A DNA stretch of 58,687 bases, the filler included, from Nemertoderma westbladi (lineage: Eukaryota; Animalia; Xenacoelomorpha), in the NCBI GenBank assembly GCA_032718475.1. It is 3 parts of 3 records of this genome, joined end to end, with 100 filler letters (N's around TTAATTAATTAA, not from the genome) between each part and the next. Parts side by side here need not be neighbours in the genome. Positions count along the whole stretch, not along the records: positions 1 to 18,933 come from JAUCBJ010004991.1; positions 19,034 to 35,457 come from JAUCBJ010001732.1; 1 more part is not named here. One strand, 5' to 3'. Every line of letters begins with the position of its first letter. Within the stretch, counting starts at the first letter, position 1. The notes below the pieces were generated by a model. That model worked only from the letters and a program-made list of their open reading frames with translations. It did not search any database and had not been told where the DNA came from. Below are positions 11,248 to 23,264 of the stretch, piece by piece. A program made the position numbers and the translations under genes.

Positions 11248-12373
11248 TTAACAGAAACTTTATCAAGGCGGCTTAGACGCATTATAATAACTTTGTCGCT
11301 TATAGATATAAAGCTACGCGTTAAAACTTCATCCACATGCACAACTGCATTAATGCTGTGTGGTGGAGTTGGACCTGAGCTGTCTGCAGTTAACAGTCTA
11401 CCCCTAGAGGGCGCGATGTTCAAAGTGAAAAGCTTATCGGGGCAATATATAGAAAACAAAAATAAGTTCCCAATCATTATGATATACAGTAGGTCTATTC
11501 TAAAAGATCAGAGTCTCATAATTCAGTGCGAGATTAGTTAATCGATTAGATTAAGTATTTGGAAAAAATATAGGGGCCTAAACTGCATGTCCCTTGCGGT
11601 CCACTGCCTGTATCTAGGATGATTGGTTACCGATGTGTGACATTTCTTTGCCTGTAACCGTGCTTGTAAATGTAATGGGGTGCAGGATAGTTTATGGAAC
11701 TAATAAGAACTCGGTCATTCCTTGATGAAATTAAACCAAACTAGGTGCGTATGTAGCCTAGGTACCTATGTCACCACAAGGTGGCTCTATAAAACTATGT
11801 TTTATGGAAGAGTTTGATTAAATTCTAGAAACTTACAACGTTATTGTAGGAATGCTGGGATACAGAATTAATTAATTTACCGAATTGTACCGATAAAAGT
11901 TTCGGGATATTGGAAGGCAGAGCTGGTTAATAATTTAGTGGCGGTTAGGCGGGTTTATAAGGAAGGATAAAAGGGCAGCTCATCTCTTTGGTCGTATCAG
12001 TTGGAATCTCTTAAAACCAGCAGTATCAGTACGATGTGCTGATGCTGCTGAATGAAGTATAAATGAAACACAATAGTAGTTAAATGATCGAGTTAAACCA
12101 TCTATAAATGACGTAGGCTGGGAAAGTCCCTTGCCCTTCGCTATTTTTCGTGACGGGTTGTGAAAAATTTGAAAAGTTGTATCTTTATGAGTGCTTTCAT
12201 GCAATTAGTTTGATTTTATTACGGGGGGTGGGGGCGTTAGTAGCCTAGCCATTATGGAAAAGGATATCCCCTAGTCGAAATAGTGGCCTCAACATTATTA
12301 AACTTGTGAAGAAAGTAACTCTGAAACCATTTTGCTGAATAAACACCTATTAATATAATTACTCAAACCAAAT

Positions 12374-13978
12374 CTACTTCCTAAGATACGCGAGTATTTC
12401 CTGCACCATATTGTCCTTATCAATTAGCCATTCCTCCCTAGCGTTTGTGTTCCTCAACTTAACCTTCCCTTCCTTTAGTTCGCTCTCCCCTATAATTACC
12501 ACCAAAGGAATCTGTCTTCCCTCGCAGTACTGCAACTGATCCAACATCTTGGGATTGCGTTTGTACATGATCTCCGCGTTAATCCCGTTGGCCCACAGCT
12601 CGTTAACTAAAACCATCCGGTGTTCTAGAAGGTTCTTCTGAGCCGCTGCGACTAGAACCTCGGTCGAGGTGGTTCGGAGTTTCGATAGATCCCGTTTCGA
12701 TTCTATTATCGCGAACAATCGCTCGATCCCGATACTCACGCCGACGCAGGGGACTTTACGTCCCTTCGCGTCGAACATTCCCACGAGATTGTCGTACCGG
12801 CCGCCGCCTGCGACACTCCCGACACCGGGGTTCGAGCCATCTTCCACACCTGTCCCTTCCTCCCTAGCTGACTCGAACCCAACCAACACCGCTTCATATA
12901 TAACCCCCGTGTAATAATCCAACCCCCGGGCCAAACTGACATCGAACGCTAGAGACTCCCCCAGGCCGAACAAGCGACAGTACTTCAACAACAACTCAAT
13001 CTCCTCCAGTCCCGTCTTAAACTCCACATTCCCCATCAAATCCTCTCGTTTCCTCAGCACTTCCACCAACCCCTCAGATGATTCGTGACTAATCGATACC
13101 AACTCCCCCAGTCGATCAGCCTCGGATTCCCCCAGGAACTTCTCCTCAACCATCTCTTTACGAACTTCCTCCCAGGATAATTTATCGAGTTTATCAATAG
13201 AGGAACAAATGGTTCGGAATTTATCGTTAGTAACTCCGGCTACCGCCATTATCCCGTTTAATAACTTCCGGTGATTCACTTTAATGCGGAACTTCCCGAG
13301 GTCCAAGTCCTCGAGGATTTCCGACACGATTTTGATGCATTCCGCGTCGGGAATCATCGAGTCGTAGATTCCGGCGATATCTATGTCGCACTGGTAGAAC
13401 TCCCGATAGCGACCGCGGGTCATCGCCGGGTTGTCCCGTCGGTACACCTTCGCGATCTGGTAGCGCTTAATTTTATCGATTTTATTCTGCGCGACGTAGC
13501 GTGCGAATGGAACCGTAAGATCGTAGCGAAGCGACAGAAGTTCCCCGCCCTGATCGCAGAGATCGTAGATTAATTTAGAATCCTCCCCGTACTTTCCCGT
13601 GAGAGTTTCTTTCAGTTCGAACACCGGGGTGTCTATTGTTTCGGCACCATGGCGTTTAAACGTCGTAGTAATTGTGTTTATAACGCTTTCTCGAATGCTC
13701 ATTTGTTTCGGATTGTAGTCGCGTGCACCCTTTGGAGTTTTAAGAACATACTTACCAATTCCGAATTCTTCTTGTAGTGTAGCCTTCAATTCCAAAAGCT
13801 TATCGACTTCCCGTTTCACTTCGACTGCAGCCACTTTCTCGATTTTAAGTCTTCTCACCAAATCCCCCTGCTCCGTAATTTTCGCTTGGATAGCTTCCTT
13901 TGAAGCTACCGGTAGTTTTACATCCGCCATTTGAATAATTCTAGTACCGGAATGCAACAACTTTTTTGCATACAACAT
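12374..13978 (-). CDS. HARS: Histidyl-tRNA synthetase, eukaryotic type with WHEP domain, intronless
   Basis: WHEP ([12 protein letters not shown]), [22 protein letters not shown], motif 2 [29 protein letters not shown], motif 3 [15 protein letters not shown] and the C-terminal anticodon-binding domain. The ORF track starts at GTG 13984; the first in-frame ATG is at 13978 and the second at 13930. Confidence 0.97.
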   Translation of the reverse strand: MLYAKKLLHSGTRIIQMADVKLPVASKEAIQAKITEQGDLVRRLKIEKVAAVEVKREVDKLLELKATLQEEFGIGKYVLKTPKGARDYNPKQMSIRESVINTITTTFKRHGAETIDTPVFELKETLTGKYGEDSKLIYDLCDQGGELLSLRYDLTVPFARYVAQNKIDKIKRYQIAKVYRRDNPAMTRGRYREFYQCDIDIAGIYDSMIPDAECIKIVSEILEDLDLGKFRIKVNHRKLLNGIMAVAGVTNDKFRTICSSIDKLDKLSWEEVRKEMVEEKFLGESEADRLGELVSISHESSEGLVEVLRKREDLMGNVEFKTGLEEIELLLKYCRLFGLGESLAFDVSLARGLDYYTGVIYEAVLVGFESAREEGTGVEDGSNPGVGSVAGGGRYDNLVGMFDAKGRKVPCVGVSIGIERLFAIIESKRDLSKLRTTSTEVLVAAAQKNLLEHRMVLVNELWANGINAEIMYKRNPKMLDQLQYCEGRQIPLVVIIGESELKEGKVKLRNTNAREEWLIDKDNMVQEILAYLRK

Positions 13979-14377
13979 GGACACATAACAGCATAAGTCA
14001 GTACCGGTACTGCAGTAACGTCACACCTCGGAGTCAGACGATCGAATGCTGTTCTTTTCCAAGTCAACATAAATTAATTGTACATGATTATTGTACAATA
14101 CATAGATATTAACGGGTACCGTGGTACCGGCATACTGGTATAATGAAAGTAAATTACTGAATTAAGACAATGCGTAAGTCACAGACTGAAAGTTACTTTA
14201 TTTCCTGGCGATTTAAAAAATGATAATAATATTATAATATACACCACCAAGCGGGGTAAATTGGAAACTTGAAGGAATGAAAAATACTGTATGTTAAAAC
14301 GCTAAAAAATAAATAAAATAGGTTTATAAAATAGAGTAATCTTAAGAATTGGCAAGAGTGGCAAGAGATGGACACTG

Positions 14378-16642
14378 GGGATAGTTGAGAGCGTGGTACC
14401 TTTCTCGCAGTGTGTGTGACACAGATACATGGGATAGTTGAGAGCGTGGTACCTTTCTCGCAGTGTGTGTGACACAGATACATGGGACAGTTGAGAGCGT
14501 GGTTCCTCTTTCGCAGGGTGTGTGACACAGATACATGGGACAGTTGAGAGCGTGGTTCCTCTTTCGCAGTGTGTGTGACACAGATACATGGGACAGTTGA
14601 GTGCGTGGTTCCTCTTTCGCAGTGTGTGTGACACAGATACATGGGACAGTTGAGAGCGTGGTTCCTCTTTCGCAGGGTGTGTGACACAGATACATGGGGC
14701 AGTTGAGAGCGCGGTTCCTCTTTCGCAGTGTGTGTGACACAGATACATGGGATAGTTGAGAGCGTGGTACCTTTCTCGCAGTGTGTGTGACACAGATACA
14801 TGGGACAGTTGAGAGCGTGGTTCCTCTTTCGCAGTGTGTGTGACACAGATACATGGGGCAGTTGAGAGCGCGGTTCCTCTTTCGCAGTGTGTGTGACACA
14901 GATACATGGGATAGTTGAGAGCGTGGTTCCTCTTTCGCAGTGTGTGTGACACAGATACATGGGGCAGTTGAGAGCGCGGTTCCTCTTTCGCAGTGTGTGT
15001 GACACAGATACATGGGATAGTTGAGAGCGTGGTTCCTCTTTCGCAGTGTGTGTGACACAGATACATGGGATAGTTGAGAGCGTGGTTCCTCTTTCGCAGT
15101 GTGTGTGACACAGATACATGGGATAGTTGAGAGCGTGGTTCCTCTTTCGCAGTGTGTGTGATACAGATACATGGGACAGTTGAGCGCGTGGTTCCTCTTT
15201 CGCAGGGTGTGTGACACAGATACATGGGACAGTTGAGAGCGTGGTTCCTCTTTCGCAGGGTGTGTGACACAGATACATGGGAAGTTAAGAGCGTGGTTCC
15301 TCTTCCGCAGTGTGTGTGACACAGATACATGGGACAGTTGAGAGCGTGGTTCCTCTTTCGCAGTGTGTGTGACACAGATACATGGGATAGTTGAGAGCGT
15401 GGTACCTTTCTCGCAGTGTGTGTGACACAGATACATGGGACAGTTGAGAGCGTGGTTCCTCTTTCGCAGGGTGTGTGACACAGATACATGGGACAGTTGA
15501 GAGCGTGGTACCTTTCTCGCAGTGTGTGTAACACAGATACATGGGACAGTTGAGAGCGTGGTTCCTCTTTCGCAGTGTGTGTGACACAGATACATGGGAC
15601 AGTTGAGAGCGTGGTTCCTCTTTCGCAGGGTGTGTGACACAGATACATGGGAAGTTGAGAGCGTGGTTCCTCTTTCGCAGTGTGTGTGACACAGATACAT
15701 GGGGCAGTTGAGAGCGCGGTTCCTCTTTCGCAGTGTGTGTGACACAGATACATGGGATAGTTGAGAGCGTGGTTCCTCTTTCGCAGGGTGTGTGACACAG
15801 ATACATGGGAAGTTGAGAGCGTGGTTCCTCTTTCGCAGTGTGTGTGACACAGATACATGGGAAGTTGAGAGCGTGGTTCCTCTTTCGCAGTGTGTGTGAC
15901 ACAGATACATGGGGCAGTTGAGAGCGCGGTTCCTCTTTCGCAGTGTGTGTGACACAGATACATGGGATAGTTGAGAGCGTGGTTCCTCTTTCGCAGGGTG
16001 TGTGACACAGATACATGGGAAGTTAAGAGCGTGGTTCCTCTTCCGCAGTGTGTGTGACACAGATACATGTGACAGTTGAGAGCGTGGTTCCTCTTTCGCA
16101 GTGTGTGTGACACAGATACATGGGGCAGTTGAGAGCGTGGTTCCTCTTTCGCAGTGTGTGTGACACAGATACATGGGACAGTTGTGAGCGTGGTTCCTCT
16201 TTCGCAGTGTGTGTGACACAGATACATGGGATAGTTGAGAGCGTGGTACCTCTTTCGCAGGGTGTGTGACACAGATACATGGGAAGTTAAGAGCGTGGTT
16301 CCTCTTCCGCAGTGTGTGTGACACAGATACATGTGACAGTTGAGAGCGTGGTTCCTCTTTCGCAGTGTGTGTGACACAGATACATGGGGCAGTTGAGAGC
16401 GTGGTTCCTCTTTCGCAGTGTGTGTGACACAGATACATGGGACAGTTGTGAGCGTGGTTCCTCTTTCGCAGTGTGTGTGACACAGATACATGGGACAGTT
16501 GAGAGCGTGGTTCCTCTTTCGCAGTGTGTGTGACACAGATACATGGGATAGTTGAGAGCGTGGTTCCTCTTTCGCAGTGTGTGTGACACAGATACATGGG
16601 ACAGTTGAGAGCGTGGTTCCTCTTTCGCAGTGTGCGTGACAC
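14378..16642. repeat. 53-bp tandem satellite, left block (~43 monomers)
   Basis: Consensus GGGACAGTTGAGAGCGTGGTTCCTCTTTCGCAGTGTGTGTGACACAGATACAT; the period of 53 is measured directly (GACACAGATA at 14471 and 14524). Confidence 0.98.
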
Positions 16643-16651
16643 TGACCATGG

Positions 16652-17724
16652 ACCATGGAGCCCATTTTGGCACTTAGAAGGATAATTGAAGAGTTATCAA
16701 AAAAGAAAGACAGGCATCTGCCTGTTATCTTTGTTGACTTCTTCAAGGCCTTTGATTCAGTCTTTCGATTACGTATGTTCAGCATACTTTCATTATATGG
16801 GATTCCTGATGAAATTATTGCAGCAATCAGATCAGTATACGATGGTTCGACAACATTTGTGTCTACTGTTGACGGTGACACAGAACCATTTGAAGTGTTA
16901 TGGGGCGTCCTCCAAGGAGACACACTTGCACCATTCTTGTTCATTATTGTGGTTGACTATGTTCTACGCATGTCCTTAGATCATCATAATGATGATGGGG
17001 TGATGATAACTCCACCTACTGGCTCCAGAAGTCGAGGAAATCCTGCAAAGTACCTAACTGATCTAGACTTTGCTGATGACTTAGGAGTACTCTCAGAATC
17101 ATTAGAGGGAGTCCAACGGCTCCTCAGCTTATTAGAACATGCTGCTTCTAGTGTTGGTCTTTTTATTAACTCCAGAAAGACCAAAATTCTGACAGTTAAC
17201 TTTGAAAGTCCTCAGCAAGTCTCTGATCGGATGAGCATAAGCTCAAAGGATGGTATGCTTGAGCATGTGAACGACTTCTGTTACCTGGGATCATGGATCC
17301 GGAAGTCAGGTGAGGACCTTCGAATACGTAAGGGAAAGGCATGGGCAGCTTTGAATAGGCTTTCCATGATTTGGAAGTCACCGAGAATTAATCGGAAACT
17401 TAAGTACGGAAGTAACGGAAGTACTCCTCTACGGGAGTCCATGCTGGGCTCTAACTGCTGAGGACACCAAATCTCTGGATGGCACATTCACAAGAATGCT
17501 ACGCCGGGTTCATTGTGTCAAGTACAATGCACACATCTCCAACCAGACACTATATAACATTGGAGGTGTCTCATTGGTTCCCCCAAGCTTGACACTAGAA
17601 CAAAATCGCCTCCGCTTTGCAGGACATTGCTTTCGCCGTGAGGACCAGCCAGTGCATAATCTTGTACTTTGGCAGCCTCATGGAGTGAATAAGCATGGTG
17701 GACAGCCCATGACTGTCTTGAGAC
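16652..17724 (+). mobile_element. RTE-clade non-LTR retrotransposon RT fragment, truncated at both ends and embedded in the satellite
   Basis: FVDFFKAFDSV, GVLQGDTLAPFLF, LTDLDFADDL, FCYLGSWI and RLRFAGHCFR. Frame broken near 17400; highly similar to 47645..48690. Confidence 0.93.
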
Positions 17725-18933
17725 ACAGATACATGGGACAATTGAGAGCGTGGTTCCTCTTTCGCAGGGTGTGTGACACAGATACATGGGGCAGTTGAGA
17801 GCGTGGTTCCTCTTTCGCAGTGTGTGTGACACAGATACTTGGGACAGTTGAAAGCGTGGTTCCTCTTTCGCAGTGTGTGTGACACAGATACATGGGACAG
17901 TTGAGAGCGTGGTTCCTCTTTCGCAGTGTGTGTGTGACACAGATACATGGGATAGTTGAAGGCGTGGTTATCCTTTCTCAGTGTGTGTGACACAGATACA
18001 TGGGACAATTGAGAGCGTGGTTCCTCTTTCGCAGTGTGTGTGACACAGATACATGGGACAGTTGAGAGCGTGGTTCCTCTTTCGCAGTGTGTGTGATACA
18101 GATACCTGGGGCAGTTGAGAGCGCGGTTCCCCTTTCGGAGTGTGTGTGACACAGATACATGGGATAGTTGAGATCGTGGTTCCTCTTTCGCAGTGTGTGT
18201 GTCACAGATTGGGGGGACAGTTGAGAGCGTGGTTCCTCTTTCGCAGTGTGTGTGACACAGATACATGGGATAGTTGAGAGCGTGGATCCCCTTTCGTAGT
18301 GTGTGTGACACAGATACATGGGATAGTTGAGAGCGTGGTTCCCCTTTCGCAGTGTGTGTGACACAGATACATGGGATAGTTGAGAGCGTGGTTCCTCTTT
18401 CGCAGTGTGTGTGACACAGATACATGGGATAGTTGAGAGCGTGGTTCCTCTTTCGCAGTGTGTGTGACACAGATACATGGGACAATTGAGAGCGTGGTAC
18501 CTTTCTCGCAGTGTGTGTGACACAGATACATGGGATAGTTGAGAGCGTGGTTCCTCTTTCGCAGTGTGTGTGACACAGATACATGGGATAGTTGAGAGCG
18601 TGGTTCCTCTTTCGCAGTGTGTGTGACACAGATACATGGGACAATTGAGAGCGTGGTTCCTCTTTCGCAGTGTGTGTGACACAGATACATGGGACAGTTG
18701 AAAGCGTGGTTCCTCTTTCGCAGTGTGTGTGACACAGATACATGGGATAGTTGAGAGCGTGGTTCCTCTTTCGCAGTGTGTGTGACACAGATACATGGGA
18801 TAGTTGAGAGCGTGGTTCCTCTTTCGCAGTGTGTGTGACACAGATACATGGGACAATTGAGAGCGTGGTACCTCTTTCGCAGTGTGTGTGACACAGATAC
18901 ATGGGGCAGTTGAGAGCGCGGTTCCCCTTTCGG
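17722..18933. repeat. 53-bp tandem satellite, right block (~23 monomers), running into the assembly gap
   Basis: Same monomer and orientation as the left block. Confidence 0.98.
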
Positions 18934-19033
18934 NNNNNNNNNNNNNNNNNNNNNNNNNNNNNNNNNNNNNNNNNNNNTTAATTAATTAANNNNNNNNNNN
19001 NNNNNNNNNNNNNNNNNNNNNNNNNNNNNNNNN
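18934..19033. other. Artificial contig linker (44 N + TTAATTAATTAA + 44 N)
   Basis: Exactly 100 bp with a six-frame stop oligo in the middle; an identical copy is at 35458-35557. Confidence 0.97.
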
Positions 19034-19330
19034 AACAGTATAATGTGTTGTGTGTCCCTAAGTTAAAACGTACCCAAAATTTGACATGTAACCGAATCAG
19101 GCTGTAAGGTACCGGTAATATTCAATCGAAATTGAAGTTGAAGTTTTTTATTAACATTGTACAAGCCATATAAAATATAAGACATATAAAACATAACATA
19201 ATACACTAATAATAACTCTATAACTGGCATAAGTCTGTAAGTTGGAATCGTTAAACAAACGCGCAAACAAAAGCTCGACAAACCGCTTTCAGGGAAGAGT
19301 TCATGTCATTAGAAATGTCATTAGATTCAG

Positions 19331-22300
19331 CCAAATTCGACCAATCGCGGTGGCATAGGGTCGTCAATTTGGTTTATTTTTGGATATATGGTCGGAAATG
19401 GTATAAAATGACACCTGATGAAATATTTCTGATGATGATGTATTGGTTTTCGAGATATTGCAGTTCAAAGTTTGCGATTTATTCGAACATATCCCCAATG
19501 AAACCTACAGAAAATCTTTCTGACTAGTGGGTGGAGTGTCATTTTATATTTATTGTACACATAAATAGGTCTCATACACATTAAAACCATGAATAAATAC
19601 CACCCACTTGTCAGACCAACTTTTCTATGTGGCCAAAGATTGGACTTTTCGACAAATTTTGTCTTTTTGAGGCTTGAGTTAGAGTGGTCTGATTAGTGGG
19701 TAGCCCAAAACATTTAGTAAATAGTTAGATATACCAAAGGGGGTTCTGTGGTACAATTTTCATGTACCACCACCAGCAAGTCAGACTTCCATACCATCAT
19801 CTGGAAAATTGAAACTTTCCAAAATTGCCATACTTCGGAACATCACTGTAAGCATCTGATAAAAGATGGGTGCTTCAAATGAATCATGAGTAGTAACATG
19901 GATAAGGGAAACATGCATGACAAGTTTCGGATCCCACCCATGCCTTCTTTAGTATATATTATTCAATTTAAAAGTTCAATTTTCAAAATTAATCGTCTGA
20001 TTAAATACTTTAGAATCAAGGTCTGCTTACGAGGTTGCTCTCATAACCAGCACACATTAAGTATTTAAATGTTTTAGATACAATAAAGGCTGTTTTTTTC
20101 ACCACCCACTTGTCAGATATTTTATGTGTAACAAACAAAGGTAAATAATTTTAACATATTATTGACTAATTTCAATACCCAATGCGTTATATACCTTCTG
20201 ATACTATTAATTATTATATCATAATAGAAAGAAAAGCTATTTGAAATTCATCTATATAATTCCCAATCCCGGCCAAGGGCAGCAAGGAATGGAATGTAAT
20301 ACAGTATGTTCATTATGATGAGGCAAGTCAAAAAAAAAATTAATTAATTAATAATAATTAATATAGTTATTATGGTAGAAAAGATAATAGATCAATTATT
20401 GAGTATAGCAGTATTGTAGATCATGCAATTCCTTTATGAACAGTGATCACAGACAAATTCTGCATTGTAATCGAAATTATCTGGCAGCTGGTGCATGACC
20501 AATATTTATCGCACACCACCCAAATCTTCTGATATTCTCCAAATATTATTTTTGTATCACTGGCCCAAAGTTTTTTTACACTAGTAGCAGATATTCTCAT
20601 CCTCATCTGTCTGATCAGTAGGAACATCAACACAAGGGACAACAGCAACCTTGCGTTGAACTGCCTTTACTTTCTTCGTTGTAGAAGATGATAAAGTACA
20701 GCATTCCAGCTTCCCATCAGCAGTAATATCATATCTATGGTATGACTGCGCCCCTGCCACACGTGACACCACTTCTTGAAATCGGAGGCAGGGACGCTGT
20801 CATACCATAGATATGATATTACTGCTGATGGGAAGCTGGAATGCCGTACTTTATTATCCTCTACAATGAAGAAAGTAAAGGCAGTTCAACGCAAGGTTGC
20901 TGTTGTCCCTTGTGTTGATATTCCTACTGATCAGACAGATGAGGATGAGAATATCTGCTACAAGTGTAAAAAAACGTTGGGCCAGTGATACAAAAAAAAT
21001 CAGAAGATTTGAGTGGTGTGCGATGTGTGCGATAAATATTGGTCATGCACCAGCTGCCCACCAGTTAATTTCGATTACGATGCAGAATTTGTCTGCAATC
21101 ACTGTTCATAAAGGAATTGCATTATCTACAATACTGCTATACTCAATAATCTGATAATTGATCTATTATCTTTTCTACCATAATAAATATATTAACTATC
21201 ACTGACTTGCCTCATCATAATGAACATATACTGTATTACGTTCCATTCCCTGCTGCCCTTGGCCGGGATTAGGGAATTATATAGATGAATTTCAAACAGT
21301 TTTTCTTTCTATTATGATATAATAATTAATAGTATCAGAAGGTATATAACTCATTGGGTATTGAAATTAGTCAATAATATGTTAAAATTATTTACCTTTG
21401 TTTGTTACTCATAAAATATCTGACAAGTGGGTGGTGAAAAAAACAGCCTTTATTGTGTCTGAATCATTTAAATACTTAATGTGTGCTGGTTATGAGAGCA
21501 ACCTTGTAAGCAGACCTTGGTTCTAAATTATTTAATCTGATGATTAATTTTGAAAATTGAACTTTTAAATTGAATAATATATACTGAAGAAGGCATGGGT
21601 GGGATCCGAAACTTATCATGCATGTTTCCCTTATCCATGTTTCTACTCATGATTCATTTCAAGCACCCATCTTTTATCAGACGCTTACAGTGATGTTCCG
21701 AAGTATGGCAATTTGGGAAAGTTTCAATTTTCCAGATGATGGTATGGAAGTCTGACTTGCTGGTGGTACATGAAAATTGTACCACAGAACCCTGTATGGA
21801 ATCCATCCAAAAAGTGCGCCGGATAGCGCGCCGACCAATTTTTATGCGCGCCGCTCGCCGATGCCATTTCGAAGAAACCCCGCGCCAACTAAATTTTTAG
21901 CGCGCCACACATTGAAACAATTTTGAAGAGCGCCACGCTAATGCAAATTCAATTTTGAGGGAGTGTAACCAATCTGTCAATGTCAGTCAGTACTGCTGTA
22001 CCAGTCCCTGCTGCCCTATATCTGTATACAACAGTCTGACAGTAGCCTAACCACTGAACCATACAACAGAAAAAGAAAGGTGAGCGAAGCCAGCCGAAAT
22101 TTTTAAACAGCTAAATGCTATTTTTAAGGCACTTCCATAATTGTTAAACCTGTAAACTAACAAATCGGCGCCGGTTTTTATTTTTGGGAGCGCCATGCGC
22201 CAAACTGCCAAAGCTGAAAGCCGGCGCGCTTTATGATTTTCGAGCGCGCCACGCGCCAAAGTCGGCGCGCTTTACGATTTTCGAGCGCGCCACGCGCCAC

Positions 22301-22800
22301 ATTGGCGCGCTTTTATTGCAAAGTGCGCCGGATTAATCCGGCGCAAAGTGTATGGATTCCAGTCTGGCACAGAACCCCCCTTTGGTATATCTAACTATTT
22401 ACTAAATGTTATGGGCTACCCACTAATCAGACCACTCTAACTCAAGCCTTAAAAAGACAAAATTTGTCGAAAAGTCCAATCTTTGGCCACATAGAAAAGT
22501 TGGTCTGACAAGTGGGTGGTATTTATTCATGGTTTTAATGTGTATGAGACCTATTTATATGTACAACAAACATAAAATGACACTCCACCCACTAGTCAGA
22601 AAGATTTTCTGTAGGTTTCATTGGGGATATGTTCGAATAAATCGCAAACTTTGAACTGCAATATCTCGAAAACCAATACACCATCATCAGAAATATTTCA
22701 TCAGGTGTCATTTTATACCATTTCCGACCATATATCCAAAAATAAACGAAATCGACGAACCCATGCCACCGTGATTGGTCGAATTTGGATGGAATTACCC
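19331..22800. mobile_element. Large palindromic (foldback) non-autonomous element with ~1.43-kb arms and a ~28-bp loop near 20759-20786, containing a PHD-like zinc-finger remnant
   Basis: CCAAATTCGACCAATC at 19331 pairs with GATTGGTCGAATTTGG ending at 22788. Mirror-image ORFs appear in the track (19303+ / 22592-; 20581- / 20776+). The right end may extend to ...GGAATTACCC at 22800. Confidence 0.88.
21791..22367. mobile_element. 577-bp MITE with 8-bp TSD (hAT- or P-like) inserted in the right arm of the palindrome
   Basis: TSD CACAGAAC at 21783-21790 and 22368-22375; the left arm has the empty site. Imperfect TIRs CC....TGGAATCCAT / ATGGATTCCA....GG and many subterminal GCGCC motifs. Confidence 0.9.
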
Positions 22801-23264
22801 AATACAGCAATATTTTAATTCAATAAAAAATAGTGCATAGTTCATAAATAAAATATAGATTATCTTGTAGGCATACAATGTTAGGGATAGCTCCATGCAG
22901 CCATGAGGATAAACCTCGTTTCCATGGAGGTCCCTGTCAACTGAGTTGAAATTTCAACTTTATTTTTTAAAATTCAACTTTTTATTAAAATTCAACTTTA
23001 GGAGTAGAGTTTTAAAATTCAACTTTTTTTTAAATTCATCTTTTGGCCAGTAGCTTTGGAAATACTGAAATATGGAATTGGAATCCATTACTGGAATTCC
23101 ATTGTATAGGGGCCTAATAATTATGACATTCAGTGGTAATTTAATACACCTAATAAACTGATAAATTCCCGTAGTATTTCAGCTAATTTGCAAATGTAAT
23201 CACTTAAAATGTTTTTAAAAAAAGTATTCCCGACGGTGAAAGTTTTTATTCCATCGGTAATGAG

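Noticed and set aside
14232-18902. Long Cys/His-rich ORFs (up to 880 aa) on the minus strand
   Set aside because: They are translations of a 53-bp satellite that lacks stops on that strand; all three frames give the same 53-aa cycle.
14378-18933. CRISPR array, or a retron/DGR-like RT-plus-array system
   Set aside because: The monomers abut with no unique spacers, there are no cas genes, and the RT is a frameshifted eukaryotic RTE fragment with a sister copy elsewhere in the window.
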